Positions 52,565 to 64,000 of a DNA stretch of 64,000 bases are shown here, one piece after another. Made by a program: the position numbers and the translations under genes. Position 1 is the first letter of the stretch. Each line of letters opens with the position of its first letter. Under the pieces are notes generated by a model, which ran no database searches, was not told the origin of the DNA, and was given only the letters and a program-made list of their open reading frames with translations. This DNA is from Octopus sinensis (lineage: Eukaryota), in contig NC_042998.1 of NCBI RefSeq assembly GCF_006345805.1, positions 48,980,001-49,044,000 on the forward strand. The letters are read 5' to 3'.

Positions 52565-54354
52565 AATAATGCGGGTTTTTTTATACTTTTTTTATTTTTC
52601 AAAATTAAGATAAACAAAGTTCTTTTTTAATCTAAGGAAAGACTTCTGCCCCCCCCCCCTATTTTCTCCCAAATTTGTTTATTTTTGTAAATTTTTTTTG
52701 CCAAAAATCCCCGTTTTCGGATACAGAGGTCCGGAAAATTGCCAAAAATCGGCATTTTGAAATTCCCCCACTCCCCCCCCCCAACTTCTTCAGGTTTGAC
52801 TTTTACCCAACACTAACCCTAAAACCCTAACCCCAAAACTGTAACCGTAATTACAGAAATGTTTTGAAATCTTTCTCTGAATCATGATGTCCGTATTTTT
52901 CCGCATATTTATAAAACAAAAAAGAAAATTCTTAAAAAAAAATTTTACAAAGATTTTTGAAATTTTTTTTCATAATCATAGTCTCTGTATTTTTCCTCAT
53001 ATTTTTTTTTGGGGGGGGGGTAAATTGTGGAAAAAGCTTAAACTGAAAGAAATGGGGGTGGGGGGTAGTTTGGAAATGTCGATTTTTGCCAATTTTTTTG
53101 CAGATTCGTATTCCTCGTAGCCGTGGGGGTTTGTTTCGAAAAAAAAAATTTTTTTAGAAAGGGTGGTTTAGGGGAGGGGGGCGGAAGTATTTCTCTAAAA
53201 TATACTCTCTTTCATTTTCTACAATACTCTTCCATCTGTCTAGTAGAATTGCAAGGCCCCTCTTCCAAAATTCACTTGTCCGTGACGAAAAATACTCCTC
53301 CAGTACTGTTCTGACCTCTTCTACAGAATTCACATGACTTTGAAGACTGCGGAATAAATGAGAATCAGATGAGACAATGTCCGGCGAATATGGTGAGTGG
53401 GGCATCGTTTCCCATTGAAACTGCTCCAGCCTTTGGAATGTCATCCTCACTGTATGTGGCCGAACATTATCCTGATGGAAGAACACCTTTCGTCTTGAAA
53501 CCAAGGATGGTCGTTTTTCTTCGAGTGCTGACTTAAGCCGCTCAAGCAGCTCGCAGTAGATCTCTCTTGTCATTTGGTTTGGGTTTAAAAGTTCAAAGTG
53601 GACTAAACCTTTCATATCTCACCAAACAGATAACAACACCTTATGTGGGTGAAGACCTTCTTTAGCCTGGGGTGCCGGTATTTCTCCTCTCCTTACCCAT
53701 TGTCTTTAGCGCTTGACATTTTTATAATCACTATCAGGTTCAAAAACGGTTCATTCGTGAAACGTGTCTGCAAAGAAGAACACATGTTCACTCTCTGCGT
53801 GCGATTAGACTCGGAAAGTTTGTAAGGAAGCCATTGACCCAATTTGCTGACTTTTCCGATGGCACGCAGGTGTTGATGAATGGTTGAATGACCAAATCCC
53901 AGCTTCTCTGCTAGTTCCTCAACAGTTACGATGGGATTTTGCTCCACCTGGGTTTGCAGGACGGCATCGTCGAGCTCTACAATCTTCCAAGACGAGGCTC
54001 GTCTTCTAGATTGTAGTTTCCGGCTTGGAATTTCTAGAACCACTGTTGACACTGGCTTACGCTTATTGTCCGATCCCCCGTACTGCATTACTATTCCTCG
54101 CACTTTCCGTTGCGTTGTTGCCTTTATTAAACTCATAAAGCAAAATATGCCGAAATGCTCCTTTGTCACTTCCATTACAGCTTTGAAAAAATAACTGTTA
54201 AAATTGAACTGCTCTCTTCAAAACTTGCACGAAGAATAAGTACAAGGTAAAATTACTATCTGCTTTTATAGTAAGTTGATGCAAGTAGTTTATCCCACCC
54301 CCTCCGACTTTTAGTTCAAGCAATTGAAAAAACCGCATTATTGGTTGTCCAATA
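52565..54354 (-). mobile_element. Decayed mariner transposon
   Basis: HTH region and WLPYKL (WVPHEL-like), HQDNVRPH, PYSPDIVSSD; terminal taatgcggg-tttttt / aaaaaaccgcatta. Confidence 0.9.
52636..53193. mobile_element. TIR element with telomere-like core nested in the mariner
   Basis: TIR gaaagacttctgcccccc / ggggggcggaagtatttc; flanking tctaa duplicated; ctaaccctaaaaccctaacc at ~52813-52845. Confidence 0.75.
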
Positions 54355-56035
54355 TCTCATTTATTTAAGAGGATATGGTGCATTTTGAGAGCGATCTAGA
54401 TGCTATGCTTAACAGGTTGAGCACTTGCAAGAGGCTCCCACGATGACTCATGTATAACATGTGATCAAAGTTATTCACTATAAAATGTATTCTTTCATAT
54501 TTAAAATAATAATGTGGTGTAATTTGTCTACTATTTCTAGTGAGTCAATCTCACAGAGGCTCCCACGTTGATTCGATGGATGAAAGTTCAAAGTAATGCG
54601 TTTATTTCTGTACTGTTCTGTTTCAAGGAACCACTTAAAATTATTAGATTTTGTATAGACCTTTTTTCATTGTCTTGGGAGAGTCATTACGCCAATAATA
54701 ACACACACACAGATTCAAATCCAACTTCTTTATTTGTCAATTGACTAATGATAAATAATAAAGAATTCACATCAAGAATCTTGCAAACCAAATACAAAAA
54801 TATTGAAGTGTGTGTGTGTGTGCTCGCGCGCGCGTATTTGTCTATAAGTGACTTTTGAAAAAATATTTCCAGCTTTCCACGCCCATAACAAAACACAAAG
54901 TGCATTATATATAATCTGTTACATGTGTAATACATATATATTACATATATATAATACACAATAACACCGCAGACTACGATAGTCAATGAAATAGTAATAA
55001 AATTTATACCTGATTTTAGGAGACAAGTAAGTAGATAGACTTGTATTTATACCTATCATCGGATTTTGTTAGGGCCCCATATAGTAAAGATGTGGATGGG
55101 AAAAATGTGGGTAGAGGGTGATGTGCTGGCAACCCTCACCCCTTATTGCTCTACAAAGTAAACAACAATACAAATAACTACACAGAGGTAGCCATGGTTG
55201 AAACAGGAACAAGTATTATTAAAAATGAAAAGAAGCATGTCATTCCTTACCTAAGTGACCTTATTTTATGGCCCACCACTTATGCGCTCATAAACTGGTT
55301 TGATAGTTGAGCTCTGATTGGCTGTATGCAAATGAGTTCATAACTGGGGTCCAAAACTTTCGTGGGAAAAAAATTTCGCTGACCGGAGTGGCAAAGAAGG
55401 AAAATTGAGTTAGACAAAGAAAGAATTCTAAGATCGGGCTGGAATAGGAGTTATTATTGGTTGGTACCATTGGCAAAAAAATACAACTGTAGAATAATTT
55501 ATGATTCAAAAGAAAACTTGAGCTATCCTCCTTTATTGAGGCTCTGATCAAGCTGTTAGGTGTTACTCAAGCACTCAACTGTTTCCACCGCTTCTTATAG
55601 CAGAAACAACTGTAAGGTAATGAAGTTCATAAGATAATAATTTATTCCTTTGTCATCTCTTTTTTCTATACATGTGTATATGTGTGTGTGTATGTGTGAT
55701 GTTTCACACGAGTAAATTTATATTTAAAAACAAAAAGAAAATGCTTTGAGAGCTTTTACCATGGACAAAAAAGAAAGGAGATATCTGCATTTTTATCAAA
55801 AGTTGCGACTAGTTTCAATCATTTTTCGTATATTCATGCTGTAAAATGAATTGAAATAAGTCGAATGAATTTTTCATGATGTCATTTCTACAAGTTCCCA
55901 TGTTTTTCTTACAAAATTCACATGGTGCTTATAGTTGGTTTTCTGATGGCTACTGGTTCATGGTTTTAGTTGTAACAGTTTTAGCTGTGACTGTTGTTTT
56001 GTTCCTTATTCGGAATGTTGTTATTAAGGAGTGGG

Positions 56036-56119
<84 letters not shown>

Positions 56120-58929
56120 TGAATACTAAGCGTATTTTTATTTCTTCTTTATTTTTTGAAATTAACCCATGTAATATCGTGTGTGTATGTATATAAATGT
56201 TTTGCTAAAAAGAAACTTATTTTTATCTATTGCAAAGCATTGTGTATAAAGGGTACAGGTGTGGCTCGCCATGAATCATAGGAATTAATTCTAAGAATTT
56301 TTATGGGCAGAGTGCTCCTCCCAACGTGCAACAGTATTATATTAAGCATTTTGCAAGACAAATATGTAATGGAAATATATTCTAGTCTTGGTCTAAAACA
56401 GTTTTGGGATAAACCAGTTAGAGCGTGGAAGACATAACAGCCATTAAAAACGCACGGGAAGAAACAATTTAGAGTTGCTTCTATTGCATAATTGAATTTT
56501 ATTCGGCCTAGAGTTCTCTTTGCAAAGCCGTTGGATTGTTTATTCACTGACTTTATATACTTCAGACTGGCTGAGGTGACTTGAGTGCGTGGCTTTGACA
56601 AACTGCAAAAAACAACGAAATGTGCATCTCATTCTTGCTGTCGCTGCTGGAACGGTTTTGTTCCATCAAGTTCTGAAGTACATTGTTTTTTTAACATATT
56701 ACGTCTATAAAAGTAGCTTTCTTGCAGCCTCTGACTTTTCATTAAGTTGTACTTAGGTTAAGGAGGTCATATGAAGATTGCTTTTGTGCGTTTTTGAATG
56801 ACTAATAATATATGTCTTCCACGCAATAATTGTTTTAATTTCAATACAGTCTCACATCAAATCACTTGCCAGACAAGTAGATCTCCGACATTTTGGAATT
56901 CATTATATTTTTAGATAGAAGTAATTCATGTGTATTAATTAAGTGTATTACTTAATTTTTTTCATAAAAATATATATGGATGTGTGTATGAGGTGTAAAT
57001 GCGTGTTTATGCACCTGCCTCTGCTTAGGTATGCAGTTATGTAATGCCTGGAGCTGCAAGGAGTTAAACACCCCCTCCTTTGCATAGTTAAACCATTGTC
57101 CTATAGTGGAAGCTCCTCATTTGAGCCGAGTACTGATGGAGAAAGCTCTAACGGAAACTATGGAAACTATGTCTCATGATAACAGTGAGGTAGGTCCAAC
57201 ACTACGGACTAGCCAAACAAGGCAACCATCTGGGGCTCTAAAATGGGGCTGTATGAAAACTTGGTAATAAAGAAAGCAGGAAAGGTCGCTCCCGGAATAA
57301 AGCGAGGATGATGACGGAGGACATGAGAGACGTGTGGTAATATGACCTGCCGATGATTTTACATGAAATATTAAAAATTTTGCTCAGAGACTCAGTGATA
57401 TACATATTTTACATTGCTTGTATATAATCATAAAACCATAGATTTCCTGTTCACAATTTAACTACAATTATTCGACTGCCTCTTTCAGTTCGTGTTATAA
57501 AAGTAAATAGCTGGATGATGTTGCAGAAAACACTGGAAAAGGGACTGCCACTGTTGGGCTGGAAGAAGGAAGCGTACATCGTAAGGATGAGAGAAGGGGC
57601 GCACATTGTAGGGATGGGAGAAAAGGACGCATATTATAAGGTTGGTCGAGGGCATTGAATACCATTGCAGCAGCTCTATTTTGTGGGTGAACATTTGCTT
57701 GAAATTCCTGGTATCCAACTAGTCCTTAGCAATGAGAAGCAATTCGGCTTTTCAAGGGAATGTCGTTAGTCCCTTACAAAAGCTAGGTATGTTTAAAAGA
57801 AACTCTTATAAACAGCCTTCTTGATTATGCACTATACGATTATGCAGAGAATTATAACCTGAAGAGTGATCATTAACAATTATAAAGGTAGTTACGATCG
57901 TGATCAGCTGTGTATGTATGTGTGTGTGTGTAGGTGGTCAAGGCAGTGGGGATGTTTCATAGTCCAAGTCATTGCGAGAAGACGACTTCATACTTTGTTG
58001 TTTCAATGTTTTAAGTCAACGAGGTATAGCCTGTACTTGGTACTTCAACTGTCTAGACATAGCCGCTAGATCTTGTTCAAATCACACCCAATTGTCTTAA
58101 ATAAGGAAAGGGATAATATGGTCCTCAATTTTAGTTCCTCTTGCGCCCCATCGAGTTTTGGGGATTGAAAGTTTACTCATCCTTTCTATATAGCAATTTG
58201 AACCCTGAAGGCTAGGATTAGATGGCTAACCTTGCGCTCCACTGCAGTCCTCTTATAAGCCCTTAGAATCACTGTCTTTCATCATATGACTGTTCAAATA
58301 GAGCTGGCTTCTCCTGGTGCTAAACAACGGCAACCACCACCTTTATACATATGAACAAAATAAAGTAAAATGAATTACCAGTTTTCGAAAGTTTTTATGG
58401 CGTGACAGAGAAGAACGATAGCTGTATTGTGATGATAATACTGATATAGAGAGCAGTAATATGTACTGTAACAATAGATTTACTCTTCAATAGAATTAGA
58501 GTAATATTTAGTGTTGTTTTTAACCTTATTTGTGGTGATAGTAGTGCTGATTGTACAGAGCTAGGAAATAGCAAAGAGGATAGGCGGTCAAGTACTGTAC
58601 ACTCAGTGTGTCAACAAGCAACTCTTATCGATAATAAACACTCCGCAACTCAAACATTTATGAATTTAAAATCATGTGGCAAAGTTCGTGCCTCATTAAA
58701 CACTTAAGCTGAATCGAGTTGCTGCAAACGAGATTTCTGAACGAAAGAGAACCGAATCGGTGAGTCAGGGGTTGTTTGAGTGTTCGAACACCAATGAAAA
58801 CTTTCTGAAGTTTATATATAGATAAGTGGGGGCACAATGACCCAGCAGACTCGCGGTCGGAGGATCGCCGTTTCGATTCTCAGACCGGGCATTGTGTTTG
58901 TTTATTGAGCGAAAACACCTAAAAAAGGG

Positions 58930-60840
58930 AGAGGGTGAGGTCGATTACGCCGATCTCAGTACTTGACTGGTATATTGTGTTATCGACTCTGAGAAGATGA
59001 AAGACAAAATCGACTTCGGTGGAATTTGAACTCGGAATATTAAGAGCGAAAGAAATGCCGCTAAGCACTTCATTCCGACGCACTAACAACTTTGCCAGCT
59101 TGCTGCATTGCCTCTGTGTAATGTCTTTGCAATTTTCCACAAGGTCATCAATTTTGAGGTAAGGAGTAAGTCGATTACATCGATCCAGTACACAACTGGT
59201 ACTTACTTTTGTCGACCCCGAAACGATAAAAGTCAAGTCGACCTCATGGCTTTTGAACACAGAATATAAAGAGCTAGAAGAAATGCCGCTAAGCATTTTT
59301 TTTCTGTGGTATGCTAACTATTCTGCTAGCTCGCTGCTATGCCTCTGTGTAGTAATGATGTCGAAAAAAATCACATCATGATGGAGGAGGTATGTAGTCA
59401 ATGTAAATAAATTTCAGTATTTGACCTTGTGCATGTTTTATCAACCCGGAAAGATGAATGTCAAAGGAAAGGGTGCAGTGCAACATTATGTATTTCAACC
59501 GGACTTCACGTATTTCCCAACGTCTCTCTCTCTCTCTCTCAAAATATTTCTCGCAAATTTACTGCACATCCTAGAGGACAAAGGTTACATTTTACATAAG
59601 TCAGTTTTAAGCCCAGAAGAGAATTGTCTGTACTAAACTTACTGTGTCGGTTCGTAATGTAAAAGAAGAAAACAGATCAACTTTAGAAGACTACAAATCA
59701 ACTTTTTCATAGAGGAGGGGACAAATTGCCGTGTTTTAATGAAATTAAGAGGTTTATAAACTTGTATAGCACCATGACAAAAAAAGAAGAATTGTACGGA
59801 TGCAAAATCTTTTGTTTTCTTATTAATACAAAAGAAAGTAAGGCGGTGGGGTGGCAGAATCGTTAGAAGGGTCGGAAAAAAATTCCTCGTGTTATTTATT
59901 ACGACTCTTTACGTTCTGATTTCAAATCCTGCCGAGGTCAACTTTGCCTTCCCTCTCTTTGGTGGATTAATTTAAGTACCAGACAAGTAATGAGGTCTGT
60001 AGTATTCACTAACTCTCACCAAAATTGTTGCCCTTATTCCTAAATCAGAGAAAATAGTAAGGGGGTGTAATTAGTCAACTTGGGAGCCGCTGCTATAAAG
60101 TGATTAACAAGAATCTGTGTCCAGTAAACTGTAAAAGTATATGAAAGTGCCAAGACTTGCCTGTATTCTTTTTTCTTTTACTTGTTTCAGTTATTGGACG
60201 ACTGCCATGCTGGTGCACACCACCTAGAAGGGTTAAAAGTTGAATACATCAAACCCTAGTACCAATAATTTTTAAAGCCTGGTACTTATTTTATCACTCT
60301 CTTTTGCCAAATCTCACATGAACAGAGTTTTCCTATGGAGAGCTATTTTCTGTTGTTCTTTGGTTTAAAGAGTTCCCTCGTCAGGTGATTATTTTGTTGA
60401 GTTTTTGTTGTATTTTTAGTACACGAACCATGTAACCTTGTTAGGAATATTAGTAATAGAGACGATGGCTTTCTGCATAGTAAATTCCACTCATACGTTA
60501 CTGATCAACCCGGATCTATGATAGAAAGTACTCAAAGTATAAAGCATAGTGGAATCGAACCCGAAATCACGTGATTGCGAAGCGAATTTCTTAAGTACAT
60601 AACCATGCTTGGGTATATGACTATTGGTTTCAAATTTTAGCACAATGTCAGCAATTTCAGGGCAGGAGGTAAGTCGATTACATCGACCCCAGTGCGTGAC
60701 TGGTACTTATTTTATCGACTCCGAAAGAACGAAAGACGAAGTTGACCTCGGCAAAATTTGAACTCAGATCATAGAGACGGACGAAATGCCACTAAGCATT
60801 TTCCCCGGCATGCTAACGATTCTACCAGCTCACCACCTTC
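58930..60840. mobile_element. Dispersed SINE family B copies
   Basis: Copies at ~58930-59340 (-), 59840-60050 (+) and 60625-60840 (-). Confidence 0.8.
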
Positions 60841-61144
60841 GGGTATACAAATATTCCGTTGATAACTTAAATATACAACTTTGACTCCACTGTTATTCCT
60901 TTTGTTAAAAAAAGGGGGGAAACCTGCAAAAATGTTCTTTGAAATTGATTATCTAAAGAGGCATGAAACGTAAACAATCGGAATTGGATATCTTCTGTAA
61001 ATAGAAAAGTGTATTGTTTGAGGCATTCAGCAATGAGCAACAAATGCACAAAGCATTGAACTGACAGAGTCGTTAACCTTACAGTATTCGTTTCAGCTTT
61101 TTGCACTCTCATTTGCTCACCAATAAATATTACATTCACTCTCT

Positions 61145-62190
61145 TTTACTTTTTTTCTCTTTTACTTGTTTCAGTCATTTGACTGCGGCTATGCTGGAGT
61201 ACCGATTTTAGTCGAGCAAATCGATCCCAGGACTTATTCTTTGTTAGCCTAGTACTTATTCTATCAGTCTCTTTTGCCGAACTACTAGGTTACGGGGACG
61301 TAAACACACAAACATCGGTTGTCAAGCGATGGTGGGGAGACAAGCATACACACACACACAAATATATATGCATTACCATGTGGTTGGGAAATATATATAT
61401 ATATATATATATATACACATGTCTGTTCCACACCCATCGCTTGACAATCGGTGCTGGTTTATTTATGTCCCGGTAACATAGCGAATCGGTACAAGGAACC
61501 GATGAAATAAGTACCAGGTTTTGAAAATAAATAAATATTGATGTTGATTTATTCAACTAAACTCTTCAAGGCGGTGCTCCAGCATGGCCGCAGTCCAATG
61601 ACTGAAACAAGTAAAAGATAAACGATATGATTAGACTTCTGATAAAAAAAAATAACTGTTTGATTCAGTATAATTCTTACATAAAACAATATTTAGGAAC
61701 AGTCCAAACAACTGTTCGCTGCCATTTAGAAAGTAATAAAACCTTGTCAAGCTAATCATGTGACCGAATTACGCTCTTTTACTCTTTACTCTTTTACTTG
61801 TTTCAGTCATTTGACTGCGGCCATGCTGGAGCACCGCCTTTAATCGAGCAACTCGACCCCGGGACTTATTCTTTTTTTTTTTTGTAAGCCCAGTACTTAT
61901 TCTATCGGTCTCTTTTTGCCGAACCGCTACGTAACGGGGACATAAACACACCAGCATCGATTGTCAAGCAATGCTAGGGGGACAAACACAGACACACAAA
62001 CACACACACGCATATATATATACATATATACGACGGGCTTCTTTCAGTTTCCATCTACCAAATCCACTCACAAGGCTTTGGTCGGACCGAGGCTATAGTA
62101 GAAGACACTTGCCCAAGGTGCAACGCAGTGGGACTGAACCCGGAACGATGTGGTTGGTAAGCAAGCTACTTACCACCAGCCACTCCTACA
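61145..62190. mobile_element. SINE family A cluster in alternating orientation
   Basis: Copies at 61145-61345 (-), 61435-61620 (+) and 61775-62190 (-). Confidence 0.88.
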
Positions 62191-63309
62191 CCACTGTGTA
62201 ACAATTCTTTTTTTTTTTTTTTTTAGGTCAGTAACTGTTATTTCCTATTTGTTTCTATCTAGAAATCAAAGGAAATCACTACAATCGCTGAGTTGCTGTA
62301 GCAGAAATACCCTTATAGCAAATATCCTACGTAATACCACAGATTTACTTGTCAGTTGCTTGACCTTAACCACTTCAGCACGTCTTTTAGGGCTGACAAT
62401 GTGTAACTCTGATCACAATTTGTATCTCTGATCATGGGCAGGAATGGTGGGGAAGCATCATAGCCATGTGTTGAGACGGATTCTTTGGGGGCTTGAATAA
62501 ACGTTAACGAAAGTAAGGTTTGAAGGGAATATTAGCCATTTTTCATTATTTCTGAGGGTAAGCAAATAAGAAATAACCGTTGCTATCCAAGGACAAAAAT
62601 CATGAGACACAGTGTTAGTTATTTATTTATATCTAAGTAATAATCACCACTTTTTTCAAAACTTTGAATAGTAAATCTGTTATTTCTGTTTAAAATGGCA
62701 CAGTAGGTTTATAGGAGGAAACTCCGAGGCCGTAAATCACTATCGTTATTAACGGTTCTCTTACTGACCTAGAAACATTTATGATAGCAAAAAATAATTT
62801 GACCTCGTAACTTCGTACTCTCGTTATTCTGTAACCATGTATTAAAATATTGTCTTCGTATACGCTAAAATTTTGACAATGATTCATAGAACGTCATTTG
62901 CAATGATCTTTTACAACATTAAAAATGTGTTTCAAATCAGACTGGATGTTTTCCTCTGATGAAATTATCCTTATATCCTAAGTGAAAATTCCTTCTCGTG
63001 TTTCTGCCCATTACGCTATTTGGGTTTTTGTATACCCTTTCACCCCGTCACCTCTTGGCCGTATAAATTTCCGTTGCAAAATATAATTTGTACCTATACA
63101 CAATCACCGATGATGTGTTGGAGCAGCTGTAGTCTATTAAACTGAATATAGTAAATATTTCCTGCAGACCAACGGTGGGATAGAATACAATGTCGAAGAC
63201 GACTGCAAGATTTGAACTCGGTTACAAAATTAATTACTGCTCAGTGCGTTACCATCTGTGCCAAACTTACAAACTTGATAACTATATCAAAAATTGCATT
63301 ATAAAGAAT

Positions 63310-63735
63310 AATAATCCTTTCTACTATGGGCACAAGGCCTGAAATTTGTGGGGAGGGGGAAAATCGATCACGTCGACCCCAGTACTTGACTGATACTAAA
63401 TTTATCGACCCCGAAAGGATGAAAGGCAAAGTCAACCTCAATGGAATTTGAACTCAGAACGTGGCGACAGACGAAATACCGCTTGGCCCGGCGTGGTAGC
63501 GATTCCGGCAGCTCGCCGCCTCAATAATGATAATAACAATAATAATAATTATTATTATTATTATTTCAAATTTTTGCCATAAGGGTAGCTTATAACTAAT
63601 ACTTATTTTATCGACCCCGAAAGAATTACAAGCAAAGTCGACCTCGGTGGAATTTGAACTCAGAAAGTAACGACGGACGAAAAACCGTTAAGCATTTCGT
63701 CCAATGTGCTAACGATTCTGCCAGCTCGCCACCTC
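63310..63735 (-). mobile_element. Two SINE family B copies
   Basis: tcgaccccgaaaggatgaaaggcaaagtc core. Confidence 0.85.
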
Positions 63736-64000
63736 AATAATAATAATAATTTCAAATTTTGGCACAATGCTAGTAATTCTTGGGCGTGACAATGCCAATA
63801 ATTCTAGGACGTGAGAGATAGTTGCATGATTATATATTTTATCACTGAAGTTTGCAGTTTTCGAAATAACTAAGGATTCAAGATCAGCGAAGTTTCATAT
63901 TATGTAGTTGAAAGGATTAATAAGGTTCCTTGATTAGTTGTCATTAGCTATGTTTATACAACCTCTTACAAGAAGCAAATCAATTCTATAAATGTTTCCC

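Noticed and set aside
56227-56601. 124-aa ORF as a gene
   Set aside because: No recognisable domain or splice structure
62951-62997. CUGAUGA..GAAA motif
   Set aside because: No stem I complement

Overview
AT-rich, repeat-dense eukaryotic DNA, most likely an octopus (coleoid cephalopod) intronic/intergenic region judging from the SINE families (inference). No intact host protein-coding gene can be supported. Most listed ORFs are microsatellite artefacts; the rest are transposon remnants: at least five RLE-type (R4/Dong-like) non-LTR fragments, several in (TAA)n; CR1; a decayed L1/Tx1; a near-full-length decayed RTE/BovB-like LINE; a mariner; Helitrons; and many MITEs and tRNA-derived SINEs. 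Most notable are four different short non-coding elements carrying minimal type-I hammerhead ribozyme motifs (Penelope pLTR/retrozyme-like): two are inverted pairs (one a ~530-bp palindrome) and one is fused to a tRNA-derived Pol III head. Also notable: TIR elements carrying internal telomeric repeats (one flanked by a ~90-110-bp duplication), a Helitron that captured a SINE, modular SINEs, a SINE-derived 34-bp minisatellite, and a sharp CpG-decay boundary near 11.6 kb.
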